In this document: in pieces, positions 1 to 13,200 of the stretch | Layout of the letters: each line of letters starts with the position of its first letter | Position numbering within the stretch: the first letter of the stretch is position 1 | NCBI GenBank assembly: GCA_002269645.1 | Contig: NIVC01001667.1 | Coordinates: forward strand, 1 to 64,000 | Length of the DNA: 64,000 nucleotides | From: Macrostomum lignano | Lineage: Eukaryota | Reading direction: 5' to 3' | Program-made: the position numbers and the translations under genes | Notes under the pieces: model-generated | Database searches by the model: none | The model's input: the letters and a program-made list of their open reading frames with translations, nothing else | What the model was told of the DNA's origin: nothing

Positions 1-185
1 GTCCTTTTCGCTGGCGGAAAATTGGGCAGGGTAAAATTTTGGCGAGTCGGTTCTTATGGTAGTACTATAAGTAGTATGAAGAAACAATGTGAGTGCATTT
101 CGTATAAATTAGCTACCTTTATTTCTAGTAGCATCATTATAAAATTCCTATTTGGCTAATAGGCTGCTACCTTTATGGTAGTTAG

Positions 186-830
186 ATACCTTTCCTAGGA
201 ACCCACACCAAGATTTTTTCCTAGAAACCTACATCAAGGCGTTTTTAGAAACCTAAATCAAGGTATTTCCTAGGAACCCACACCAAGATTTTTCCTAGAA
301 ACCTACATCAAGGCGTTTTCTAGAAACCTAAATCAAGGTATTTCCTAGGAACCTTCACCAAGGCGTTTCTTATATCAAGGTGTTTCCTAGAAACCTACAT
401 AAAATGTGTTTCCTAGAAACCTACATCAAGGTGTTTCCTAGAAACTCACACCAAGATTTTCTTAGAAACCTACATCAAGGCGTTTCCTAGAAATCTAAAT
501 CAGGGTGTTTCCTAGAAACCTACATAAAATGTTTCCTAGAAACCTACATCAATGTGGTTCCTAGAAATCTAAATCAAGGTGTTTCCTAGAAATCAAAATC
601 AAGGTGTTTCCTAGAAACCTACATAAAATGTGTTTCCTAGAAACCTACATCAATGTGGTTCCTAGAAATCTAGATCAAGGTGTTTCCTAGAAACCTACAT
701 CAAGGTGTTTCCTAGAAACCCACATCAATGTGTTTCCTAGAAACATACATCAATGTGTTTCCTAGAAACCTACATCAAGGTGTTTCCCAGAAACCTACAT
801 CAAGGTGTTTCCTAGAAACCTAGGTACCTG
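186..830. repeat. 25-bp minisatellite (AAGGTGTTTCCTAGAAACCTACATC) in JIP3 intron
   Basis: Tandem degenerate units read directly; each contains the near-palindrome GTTTCCTAGAAAC. Confidence 0.9.
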
Positions 831-972
831 TTTGGTTGGCTAGACATCTATCCTAGAAACCTAGGCCGCACTTCAGGTAGGTTTGACACCTTTCCTGGAA
901 AACCTATAGTTATAGAAAAGCTAATCTTTTATTCTATACTTTTTAGGCTTTCTATTTGTAATTTTTCCTCAC

Positions 973-3900
973 CCGGTGAGCTCGTCCACCTTTGCAATGA
1001 GATCGTCTTTGACAATGTTGAGCGCATTTCTGTTAAAAGCGTTTAAAAGTGAACAGTGATCTTATAAATTAAAAAATGAGACTATTTGGTTATCAGTATT
1101 AACTGTGAACTTACTTAGTCTCAATGAGATCGGCGTTTTCTTTGATCAGGTTTTCGATCTCCCGACTCATTCCTGACAATTTTTTGTTTTTTTCGTTTCG
1201 TAAAGGAATGTTAATTGACACATTTTGTAGAATACTAAAATAAGTTTTATTTAGCACACCAGTAGACTTAACGTGACAGTAAAAGCACAATAATGCGAAG
1301 TTAGTTTTCGGATAGAAAGGATTCAGTGTACACTAAAGTGGTTAGGGTTAGAAAGGATCCAGTGTACACTGAAGGGGTTGGGGTTAGTGGGATAGAAAGG
1401 ATCCAGTGTACACTGAAGGGGTTGGGGTTAGTGGGGTAGAAAGGATCCAGTGTACACTGAAGGTGTTAGGGTTAGTGGGATAGAAAGGATCCAGTGTACA
1501 CTGAAGGGGTTGGGGTTAGTGGGATAGAAAGGATCCAGTGTACACAGAGCCCCTGGGGTTGTCGAGGGAGGGGTAGAAATGAGGGTACAGTGCCCAATTC
1601 CCAAGGCAGGCGGTTTCAAAGGCTTAAAACATGCACAGTCAACACAGTAAGCTCGCAGATAGAAATTTGAATTGATTTTGTTTAGTGTTAGGATAAAAGT
1701 AGACGAGGTTAAGCAAGCACAGGCAATAAAGTTTAGCAAGTCGACAAAAATCTACACAAATCAATAATAGGGTTAATCAGCCGCAACCAAATTAAGGAAA
1801 ATCAGTGCCATAAAGTTATTCTAACCATAAATATTATTTACCAAACAATCCTTCGCCGGAAGCTGCAGATAATTAATAAGGAAAAAATGATCCATTATAG
1901 ATTTGAAGTACTGGTGATTAAAAATAATTTTGAAAGTGCCGTATTGTATTATTGTTTCAGTGTTACTATTGCAAAGCACATTATGGTTAGGCATACTTCA
2001 ATCCAGAAGGATTATAATTTAGAATCAATTATTTTCATATTAAAAGTGCTACTGACACTACTTGCTATTTACCTCGGTCAAGTACTATATTAGAAATCGT
2101 AATTAAAGTTGTCACCAATATAATCCGATATTAAATTAATATTATTGTAACGTATTTTCCAAGTTAAATACTGACAAATACAATTTAGTTAGGTCATAAT
2201 CATAATTATTGTTTTGTAAGCGTATATTTAACAATAATATTTAATATTTTTTTAATTACCAAACTCGCCGCTATCCTCATATTCGTCCAAAGAATATTCG
2301 CCTGAATGTGTAAAAACAACAGATTGATCGAGCAATAAAATAATCGATGATTGAATTACAATAGTTTTAAAACTATTGAATATGAATAACTAGCATAAAT
2401 AAAGATGCATCACAAAGCTTGTATATATTTATCAATTTTTTTGCAACAATCATGCTTAGTATAACTGCAAAAAAAACAAAATATGCACATCAATATATAT
2501 GGAAGCACTACTGAATTTACGACAGTAAACTTTAAAAAATCTAAACACTCAAACTAGGCTACTTAAAGTAGAAATACAAACATTTTAACAGTAGATTTTA
2601 CTATACGAATGAAAAATAATCAAGCACTTTATTTAATATAACAAACCAGTTATGTTAACTTTATAAGAGTGCAAGCGGCACACGCAAAACCATTTGATCT
2701 TGCAATAGCTCAATAATTTTGTGACAATAATGAAAGACAAACTAAAACTAATATACTTCTGTATTCTATAGAAATTTGCCGCAAAATGACTATAGACTCA
2801 CCGGAGTACTCTCCAGGCGAAGTGAGCTTGCCTTGAAAAAAAACAATTTTAAAAATAATTAAAACTCATTTAAACAAGCAACAAGATTAAAATAAAAACA
2901 TATTCTGCAAAATAGTTTTAAAACCTGTCCATTTAAAATAATTTTAAACGCTTAAAAATATGCGTAAACTTTCAGCGAAACTCATAATTTTGAACTTGTG
3001 AAGTTCAGTGATGCATCCTGACAATGGATAGAAGATAGAATATATAAGGTAAAACGGCTTTTGTACGATAGGAAAAATATTATAAACATTCTGTTAGGCA
3101 CATTCCTATTCCTAACTCGAATGTCCCTAATCCCAATTTCAAATATCTCTAATCCCAATTTCAAATATACCTAATCCGAAACTTGAATATCCCTAATTGG
3201 GATTAGGGATCTATTTGGGATTACGGATCCACATGTATTTGGGATTAGGGATCTATTTGGGATTAGGGATCCACATGTATTTGGGATTAGAGATCTATTT
3301 AAGATTAGGGATCTATATGTATTTGGGATTATGGATCTATTTGGGATTAGGGATCTATCCCAAATTCAAATATCCCAAATCCCAAAATCGAATATCCCTA
3401 ATCCCAATTTCAAATATCGCTAATTCCAATTTCAAATATCGCTAATCCCAATCCTAAATATCGCTAATCCTTATTTTAAATATCCCTAATCTTAAGTTCA
3501 AATATCCCTAATCCAAAATCGAATATCCCATTTGATCGTAATAAACGGTACGAGTACTCAATAAAAGATATTCCACAGTCAAATATCCAAAATCCCATAT
3601 TCCAATCAAATATCCCAACTCACCGACAATATCGGCGCCCAAATCAATATCCTCGATAGCTTGGGCGTCCCCCAGCAGACACCTCTTCGTAAAGAGATGC
3701 TTCGTTGCTAGCACTGCTTTCAGCGGGCATAAGACGGCTTGGGGGCTGCCGGAGAATCTGTTGTTGTTGCTGTTGTTGCTTTTCCTGCTGCTGCTGCTGG
3801 CCAGGCGGCGGATACATTTCTTGCGAAGGATCCGGATTCGAGCAGCCGGCAATCGGCACCTTGAAGCCCTGCGGAGAGCAGTTATTGAAGTGTTGGGTTG

Positions 3901-6900
3901 GGATACTACAGACAGGTGAGAGAGGATACTACAGACAGGTGAGAGGGGATACTACAGACAGGTGAGAGGGGATACTACAGACAGGTGAGAGGGGATACTA
4001 CAGACAGGTGAGAGGGGATATTACAGACAGGTGAGAGGGGATATTACAGACAGGTGAGAGGGGATACTACAGACAGGTGAGAGGGGATACTACAGACAGG
4101 TGAGAGGGGATACTACAGACAGGTGAGAGGGGATACTACAGACAGGTGAGAGGGGATACTACAGACAGGTGAGAGGGGATACTACAGACAGGTGAGAGGG
4201 GATACTACAGACAGGTGAGAGGGGATATTACAGACAGGTGAGAGGGGATACTACAGACAGGTGAGAGGGGATATTACAGACAGGTGAGAGGGATACTACA
4301 GACAGGTGAGAGGGGATACTACAGACAGGTGAGAGGGGATATTACAGACAGGTGAGAGGGGATACTACAGACAGGTGAGAGGGATACTACAGACAGGTGA
4401 GAGGGGATATTACAGACAGGTGAGAGAGGATACTACAGACAGGTGAGAGGGGATACTACAGACAGGTGAGAGGGATATTACAGACAGGTGAGAGGGGATA
4501 CTACAGACAGGTGAGAGGGGATACTACAGACAGGTGAGAGGGGATATTACAGACAGGTGAGAGGGGATATTACAGACAGGTGAGAGGGGATATTACAGAC
4601 AGGTGAGAGGGGATACTACAGACAGGTGAGAGGGGATACTACAGACAGGTGAGAGGGAATACTACAGACAGGTGAGAGGGGATACTACAGACAGGTGAGA
4701 GGGGATACTACAGACAGGTGAGAGGGGATATTACAGACAGGTGAGAGGGATACTACAGACAGGTGAGAGGGGATACTACAGACAGGTGAGAGGGGATACT
4801 ACAGACAGGTGAGAGGGAATACTACAGACAGGTGAGAGGGGATACTACAGACAGGTGAGAGGGGATATTACAGACAGGTGAGAGGGATATTACAGACAGG
4901 TGAGAGGGGATACTACAGACAGGTGAGAGGGGATACTACAGACAGGTGAGAGGGGATACTACAGACAGGTGAGAGGGGATTAGAGACAGGTGAGGGGATA
5001 TTGGAGAGACAGAGGGGATATTAAAGACACAGGGGGGATATTGGAGACACTGAGGGGATATTGGAGACACTGAGGGGATATTGGAGAGACAGAGGGGATA
5101 TTAAAGACACAGGGGGGATATTGAAGACACTGAGGGGATATTCGAGACGGGATAAAGGTATAAAGAGATTAACTAGGAGTTATGTTCACCTTGTCATCCA
5201 GACGCACAACATCGATAACCTCCAAGGTGGGCAGCGAGTCTCCCGGCAGAGCAGCCGGCTGCTCCTGGCTCACTGCCAGTTCATCGCGTAAGCTGGCATC
5301 CTGACCCTCCATCGCTGAATAGAACCGATCAGTCTCGGTTAAAGCTGAGTTATTTGACGATTCTTGATGATGATGCTGTTGCTGCTGCTGCTGCTGCTGC
5401 CGACTCTGATTCCGTAACCCGGATCCTCCCAAACCTGTTGCAGAAGCATCCTGCTGCGACAGCGGTCGATGCAGTCTATGCTGCTGGTTGTGAACAATTC
5501 TAGCAAAACCGCCGCCTCCCCCAGCTCAGCGCTGATTGGCTGATCGCTGGCCATCAGCAGTTTGGTTCGTTCAAGGTGTTCAGTGTGGGTGCGCAACAGG
5601 TCAGTGTATTTGTCTCGGCAATTCTGCAGCTCGCGACGCAACTCTCGCTCTTTCTCTTCTAGCCGGCTGACCTGGTCCTGATTAGCGGAGTTGCAGAGTT
5701 AGCTCTGCTGTTTAATTCAATTCTTCCCCCTTTTATTGCAGCCCCGCCAAGATGGAAGCAAGAGTTACGCAAAGGGGAATACTAAGAGTATCACACACTT
5801 GATTGAACTCAATTCTACACTTAGTCAATCCCACGCCTGCATCACCAGATCCCACACCTGTACCAACAGATCCCACACCTGTACCAACAGATCCCACACC
5901 TGCATCACCAGATCCCACACCAGTACAATCATATCCTACACCAGTACAATCATATCCCACACCAGTACAATCATATCCCACACCAGTACAATCATATCCT
6001 ACACCAGTACAATCATATCCCACACCTGTACAATCATATCCCACATCTGTGCAATCATATACCACACCTGTACAATCATATCCCACACCTGTGCAATCAT
6101 ATTCCACACCTGTACAATCATATCCTACACCTGTACAATCACATCCCACACCTGTACAATCATATCCCACACCTGTACAATCATATCCCACATCTGTGCA
6201 ATCATATACCACACCTGTACAATCACATCCCACACCTGTACAATCATATCCCACACCTGTACAATCATATCCCACACCAGTACAATCATATCCCACACCA
6301 GTACAATCATATCCCACACCAGTACAATCATATCCCACACCAGTACAATCATATCCCACACCAGTACAATCATATCCCACACCTGTACAATCATATCCCA
6401 CACCTGTACAATCATATCTCCCACCTGCAGATTTCTACAAAAAACTCCCGCACCTGAGCATTCCTGGCCTTGAGCTCAAGCATCTTGCAGATGGACTGAA
6501 GACTGTCTTTATCTTCGGAAAACTTCGCTTTCTCTTCAGCAGCCGCCTCCTCGGTTAGAAACATTCGATCTTCGGCAGTCTTTCGCATCTGTTTCTCCCG
6601 TTCAAACTGGGACAATAGCTGGTGGTTGTCCTCTTTCAGCAACTCTAAACTAACTTCAAATTGGCCACGCTCAGTGATAGCTCGCTCAAGATTCTCCAGC
6701 ACCGTTACAATAAGTGGCATCAAATCTTTCACAACCTCTTCGTCATATTTTTTAATCATATTTTCAAATTCTGTGTAGATTTGACTGGCCAAACTTTGCA
6801 CCCGATCGGACATCACGTGACCCTCTTCCAGGGTAGGAGACGGTGAGTGCTTGAGATTAAGAGATGAATACTCCACCGATTCGCTCAGAACAGGCGACTC

Positions 6901-6942
6901 GGTGGCTTCAGCAGCCAATTCTGCTGCCTCCTCACTGGACAT
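973..6942 (-). CDS. MAPK8IP3: JIP3/JIP4 (JNK-interacting protein, Sunday driver/UNC-16) orthologue, 5' part; gene continues beyond position 1
   Basis: Exons with GT-AG boundaries and matching phases: 6454-6942 (ATG; RH1 domain VMSDRVQSLASQIYTEFENMIKKYDEEVVKDLMPLIVTVLENL), 5190-5677 (DQVSRLEEKERELRRE...HTEHLERTKL), 3624-3868 (SLYEEVSAG..DIDLGADIVG), 2802-2831 (30 nt), 1115-1172 (GMSREIENLIKENADLIETK), 973-1029 (NALNIVKDDLIAKVDELTG, leucine zipper II). Two 1-nt frameshifts in G5 runs (5518-5522, 3669-3673) must be corrected to join the conserved motifs. Confidence 0.93.
1308..1546. repeat. 44-bp tandem repeat, about 5 copies
   Basis: Unit GATAGAAAGGATCCAGTGTACACTGAAGGGGTTGGGGTTAGTGG repeated in JIP3 intron. 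Confidence 0.9.
3110..3620. repeat. Degenerate ATCCCAAT/GGGATTAG repeat block with an internal inversion
   Basis: CCTAATCCCAATTTCAAATAT units at 3110-3195 and 3360-3620 flank reverse-complement ATTTGGGATTAGGGATCT units at about 3197-3355. Confidence 0.75.
3900..5150. repeat. 23-bp minisatellite (GAGAGGGGATACTACAGACAGGT), degenerate after about 4985
   Basis: About 47 near-identical units filling JIP3 intron 2. Confidence 0.95.
5828..6422. repeat. 21-bp minisatellite (CCCACACCAGTACAATCATAT)
   Basis: Fills JIP3 intron 1; a unit divisible by 3 explains the spurious GYDCTGV/HTSTIIS ORFs. Confidence 0.95.
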
Positions 6943-9900
6943 TTCTCTCTGTGTCTCAGATGATTGGAAACTGTCGCTGTTGCTTTGGCCACATGCAATG
7001 CATTATTTTGTAATTTTATTGTTAAGTCATTTTTGCTTGGCTTTTCTTGACATCCCACAAGATTCTATATGGGAAACTTAGTGTAGGAAATCTCTTAGTA
7101 GTAAAAAACTATACTAAAGATCAACTGTCTCAATGATTTCTGTATACCAAGCTATATACTAAGGGGTAATGAAAGGCTTCTTTATATGCAAATTTGTACA
7201 CCAATTGTGTATGCTAGATCTGTGTTCACTGGAATTTTCTAGTATATATCCAGTGTTTGGCAAAGTTCTGGCACTTTTAATGCCAGAAGTTACTTTTTTC
7301 TAAAATGGCACTTTTTTCTGGTTCTTTTTTTTTAAATGCCAGACTTGGGTAATGGAAGTTACTTTTTGATGAGTCCAGTCTTTTGGTACTTGAAAATGAA
7401 ATCTAGGTGCCAAACAGCCAATTTAGCACTAAATATTTCCCAAAAGTGTAAAACTTTACCATAACACTTGTAGTACAATTAGACAATGCAATGTATATGC
7501 AAAGCTATATACAATACCATCAATACATGCATGGAAAAAGGAATAATAATAATTTTTTTACTTTTTCCCTAAAAATAAAAAACTTATTTTTCTTAATTTT
7601 TGGCAAAAAATATTTTAGCAAGAAGTATTTTAAATACTTCTTTTATAATTATCATTTTTCAGTGCACATTGTAATTGTATAATTTTTAAGTTTGTTACTT
7701 TGCATGAATACCACTTGTAATAGTGCTCAAATACTATACGAGTAATAATGTATGATTTCTTACAAAACTAAATTCATGCAAAATAAATATTTATAAATAT
7801 AAATATTGTTTTACTGCACAAAATAAATTGGGGAAATATTTTTTGTTGTAATCATATTGGGAAATTTGAGGTATAAATAGGAGCAATTTTGTAGCTAGGT
7901 AAACTTAACTATCTTGATATCTGTGAGCAACTATTCCAAGCAATAAAAGCAGTTCAATCTATAAATTTTCAAAGTCTTTCAAGTTAAGCAACTTATTCAT
8001 TTAAAAAGGCTAAGAACAGTGCTAAGAAATTTGCAAAGAGAGGGAATTAGGAAACAATTTGTAGAAACATACTAAGAAAAGTGCTATGACCTTCTAGTCC
8101 CAGTAATGCCTGATTGGACTAACTCATTTACTAGTACTATCCTGCTCAGGCCATAGTATATACCAGAGCCATATACTAAGAATGCTACCAGAACATATAC
8201 TAAGAATGCTATCAAGAACATTACCAAGAATACTACCCAGAAATGTATGAGATTCTAAGAAACAGTTAGGATTTAAAAAGACAGAGCTATAAGGCCTGTA
8301 ACAGATAGCTACCAGTGGTAGGATATTTATAAGGACAGGAGAAAGAGACCTATCACGCACTCTTATATAGTATTAAAAGCATATAATTCTTTTAAAATTA
8401 AAAAACCAATTGTAATTTGCACTCTATGTTTGTTACTAAATTTAGATGATTTTTTGTGTTAACCATAAAAATAATCATTTCACTATTTATATGGTCACTG
8501 TAACAATAATAACTGCAAAAAATTGGCATGCAGCCACAAGCAAAATGGATTTGGAAATAAAATAGAGGTTTGGATTTGGCTAGACTTGTAATTGGTAATG
8601 TCTTAATTTAATTTTTTGATATTTTAATTTTGCATTTTTTAATAATTGTAATATATTGTATATTTTTTGTAACTTTGCAGCAAAAAGAAGACAGAAAAAG
8701 TAATCCAATTTGTGGAAAAGAAAGAATTTAATTTGTTTAAACAGGCTTTGCTGCATTTATGTAAGCCAAGTGCATTTTTACTTTCAACCCCCCCCTGTCA
8801 ATGCCTTGCATGCGACACGCAATGCAGATAAGGCTCTTAGTATATAGCATGCAATGTGTATGAGATTTCCAAATAATCTTGGCATGCAGCATACAGAATC
8901 AAAAAGTTTTGTGGTATGCATGGAACATCTTTGGGACTATGGCATGAATAATAAATTCAAGAATAAAAAAGCATACAACTTTTGCATACAAAGTTTAAAA
9001 CATTTTTTACTCCTAGCATACAAATGTACTCACCATACTTTTTCCCCATGGACCTGGCATAGGCCTACATTAATATACAATCTGGGACTTCTTCAAGTTT
9101 ATGTTGTAAATTAGTTGCAATTTTAATAGGAGCATAATTTTGTCTCTATAGGAGTTTTTGATAGTGCTGATTTCAAATTTGAGCTTTATTTTTTGGTAGC
9201 TCCAACCCAACTATATGTAGGCACTTAAAACCAACCACCGGGACATGGGGAATGGGGGGTTTTAGGGTGGGGAGATTCTTCATGGGGATTGATTTTATCA
9301 ACATAAACTTGAATAGAGGCATGGAGACCTATTCAAGATGATGTTGATAAATTCCAGACTCAGGGAAAAAGGGATCAATCCTTACAAAAAAGGTCAATGA
9401 CCAACTATTAAGGCATGGAATGGGATAAGGGATTTTTGGGTAGGGGATTCTTCATGGAGGTTGATTTTATCAATACAAACTTGAATATTATTTCAGACAT
9501 TTATAATATGATTAATTACTTATATTACTAAATCATTTGGCAAGAGGTATTAATGTCAACTACAGTGGCAAAGGTAGCAACAATTTAGAATGCGGGAGAC
9601 AATATTGTGCATGGTAGATGTGGCAAATTTAAAAAAGAGGAAACCGTGACGAGGCAATTATTTGACATGATAACAAAACTCAATATCAAATTTTGTATTC
9701 ATTTATATTCACTATACATTATAATTCAAAAATTATGAATATTACTTGTAATTTTTTAATTTTATATTCACAAAACAAGTTAACTTTTTTTGAAAAATGT
9801 TCATTTTTGAATACAAATTTCATTGAAACAATTTTTGTCGAATTCTCATTGACACCATAGTCAATTAATAAACTGAGGTCGCATCACCACAGAATGTGGT

Positions 9901-10189
9901 TTTTTGGTGATATTTTGCTTTTTTATCATTTTGGGCATCCACCAAGTGTCTGGTGAAAATTTCAGAAAAATTGGAAAATGAGAAGTATTTTATCAACATA
10001 AATTTGAAGAAGCCCACAATCTGAACTATGGAGGATAGGTGGCATAATACGCCTATAGATATGGGAATATTTTGGTTATTTTTTAAATCTTAGGACAAAG
10101 CTTCTGAGCTAAGAAGGCCTACTTTAGTTAGTATAAATATATACAGCTAGTGTTTCACTTTTATCATAATAATGATTTTATATTAAAGC

Positions 10190-11635
10190 CAGGGGTGGAC
10201 TAAGGGGGGGGGGCATTAGCTCTGCTAAAAAATCCTCAGATGTATTGGTATCATGCTATATTAATATCATGATTAGGCACTTCAGTGAGAAAATTAAATT
10301 TCAGAAATTGTTATAGGCTGCTATTTCACTAGATAGATCTTACTTTCCCATTTCCAAAATGGCCAAACTTTAGTGATTTGGTTGAGTAATAAGGAAACTA
10401 CAGCTATTTTAGTAACCCCGATTTGTGCCTTTAGCCAATGGAATTTTTACATTATGGTTTGTGATCATTTTTGGCCAAAAAGTTGGCTTTTTGTCTTTGA
10501 ACACTTGTAATTAATTTTCTAGCCAACCAAAATGACTGTGCTTGGTGTCATTTTGTTCAGTTTTTTAGTGTTAATTGTATGAATTATATATTTTAATATT
10601 ATTTTATATGCCCAAGTTGCTAAGCTAATTGAAACAGGATGGGTGTATGAAATTTTGACTATTTTAACCAGATACGCAATGATTGCAATTTTAAAAATAC
10701 AATAGCATCTGTTCTGCTTGCTTAATTTATACAAGGCTAGTGTCATTTTGTTCAGGTTTTTACCTACTATAATACTATTCTACTTCTTGCCCTAAATTTT
10801 TAATGCATGACAGACACCCCAACTGCAATGTAATGTGCTGTACAGGCTTTGCGCATGGGTTTATTAAAAAACGGTTTTGTCTATCGTGTTCAGCATAGCA
10901 GAATTAGTTAAATGACACAGAGAACTAGTTTGCCGGAAGGCAGAGTCTCACAAAAAACACGAAATACACGTTTCAATGGGTATTTTACATGTAAACGTAT
11001 CAAAAAAAGAAACCTCCACAAAATTTTTGCGCCTATAGCTATTGGCAAGCGGTTTTTTTTACTGTGCTTGTATTGTCAATAGGTAATGAAAAATATAAAG
11101 AGAAACAATGCAGGAAAAGGATTTCATGGAAAATTTTGGATTTGAAATTTTGCATAGAGCCATATGGACATTAAAAGAAAAAAAAAATTTTTTTTAACAC
11201 CAGAAAAATGTTTCTAAATTATCCCTTTATACTATAAAACCTTTGTTTCCATTATAAGAAACACATTGCAGCTAAGAAAAAGCATTTTCTGAACCACTGT
11301 TTTTTTATTCATTTTGGCTTCAATTTTATATTCCTCCTAAAAATGGTCAACTTTAAAAAATAGACAGTGCAAAAAGTATAACAAAGCTAGACTTGCAGTT
11401 GGTGTCATTTGAAAGAGCTCCTTTTTACCTTTTAAATGCATATTTTACTTTCATCCTGGCTTCTATAGTTTCTTTAAAATCGCCCTTGAAAAATTGGACT
11501 TTTTTCTTACTTTTTTGCCATTGGCACGCACTTCTTATAACTCACTGAAGTCCCTATCATGATACCCTAGTTGCAGCTCTGGCTGACCAGACATGAGGCT
11601 TGCCTCCCCTCGATAAAATCCTGGGTCCGCCCCTG
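10190..11635. mobile_element. Non-autonomous hAT-like DNA transposon (about 1.45 kb)
   Basis: Ends CAGGGGTGGACTAAGG / CCTGGGTCCGCCCCTG (imperfect TIR); flanks ATTAAAGC (10182-10189) and ATAAAAGC (11636-11643), an 8-bp TSD with 1 mismatch. No transposase ORF. Confidence 0.75.
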
Positions 11636-12159
11636 ATAAAAGCCACAGACCAAAAGATTTAGACTAGTCATAAGATAAGATCAGTATTAGTGCTAAATAA
11701 AACATTAAACCTAGTGTACCTAGCTAACTTGCCTAACTAGCTTTCTTTCTAGTAGTAGTAGTGAGTTAATTTGCATTAAAAACAAAAAGCTTGACTAATT
11801 TATCATATATTATCATGACTATTAGGATAAAACCAAATAAAAAACACGACGCCATTAACTAGAAATGACACCATAAGGTCCGCTACTTCGCTATCATGAC
11901 AATCAACGATGGTGACATTTATTATAATTAAAAAATTGTGTTTTTAAAATTTTGTTTTCAGTACGTTTCGAGGAAAAAATATTTTAAAAACACGAAGAAA
12001 CAATTTAATTTTAAACAAGTATCAACAATCTTTCTGAGTAAAATTAAAGCCACTACTGCTTGCTAATGTACAAAAAATGCTAAGTTTTCTAGTTTCGTGC
12101 TCTGAACAGCTATACTAAAGACTCCATTGGATACTGCAATTGTCTTCAATGGATAAATA

Positions 12160-12252
12160 ATCAGCGGTCCCAGTGCGTGACAACGATTGTCTGGCGAGCG
12201 CCGGTAGGCGCGAGCCATAGACAAATCGTTGTCACGTGCTGCGACCGCTGAT
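12160..12252. repeat. About 90-bp GC-rich hairpin (imperfect palindrome)
   Basis: ATCAGCGGTC..GCGTGACAACGATTGTCT pairs with AGACAAATCGTTGTCACGTGC..GACCGCTGAT around a GGCGAGCGCCGGTAGGCGCGAGCC core. Confidence 0.8.
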
Positions 12253-12859
12253 TCTTTGCATTGTTTTTCTGTTTGACGATCCTACAGACAATTTGCATTG
12301 TTTGTAGTAATGGATTGTTCTGCATTAAAAATGTGAATAATGATCGTCAAATTGCTAAACAATGTGCTAACGGATATCATAATATCGGATATATATCGGA
12401 TATCGCCGTTTCTCTTTGTCCAAAGGAGAAACCAGGATCGGCGGCTGTCTTTGAGCTTCATTAGCTAGTTGGATGCCCTTTGACGTAGTAATTATGTTAA
12501 ACCCTAGCTGTCTCCAGAGTCCAGGCCGAGCATACTTATTGCTAACTGTCAATGACAAGAAATTATAGCAATTAATTCCGTGGTTTTACTACGTGTACAT
12601 GCACATGCAAGTTTGAAAGCAAACATGGTACTTGCTAATGGGTGATGCGCGCGGGTCGCAATCAAGGATAAAAGTCTCTCAATTTTTACTAACACACAGC
12701 GGAATTTAATAAGTTATTATTTACATGCATTACATATACTGTACATGTATATGTACATGTAAGTACATGTATTGACATTAAATGTTTAACATCACCTATG
12801 GCGACCTACATGTGGCGGAATGGGCGACACGAGATTGAACTACTGCTGTGACAGCAGCG

Positions 12860-13200
12860 GAAGGCTTCGTCTGGTGTTCGGCAGCTGAGAGACAGACACA
12901 CTTAGGACACAATTTGTTTTTCTTTGTGCTGCGGCTGGACTGAGTGCTCTGTAACGCATTCCTCTCGGCTGACGACGATGCATTGGCCATGCACCACTAC
13001 TACGAAGAGAAGCGCCTCAGCGTGCTTGGCTACGCTGGCGACCTCGCATTCATGTCATCAACCGAAGGTGACAGCGCCAGATCGACAGGCTGGAATTAAG
13101 CAATTGGCTTCTAGAGTCGCGCCCTCGTGGTCCACACTTAAGACCAAGTTGGTCGCCGTGCTGGCTGACATTCCCAGGGGACCTGACAGCTCGCTCAGTT
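12860..13200 (+). mobile_element. Decayed non-LTR retrotransposon (LINE) reverse transcriptase fragment
   Basis: Frameshifted translation LFFFVLRLD*VLCNA...EKRLSVLGYAGDLAFMSST, a degenerate YADD motif region, followed by LVV.T.KTK. Confidence 0.6.

Noticed and set aside
3669-5522. Programmed ribosomal frameshifting in JIP3
   Set aside because: Shifts are of opposite sign, lack slippery heptamers or stimulatory structures, and recur in G-runs of unrelated genes; indel error is simpler.
5733-6558. GYDCTGV / HTSTIIS / PTPVQSY repeat proteins
   Set aside because: 21-bp array inside JIP3 intron 1, bounded by good splice sites.
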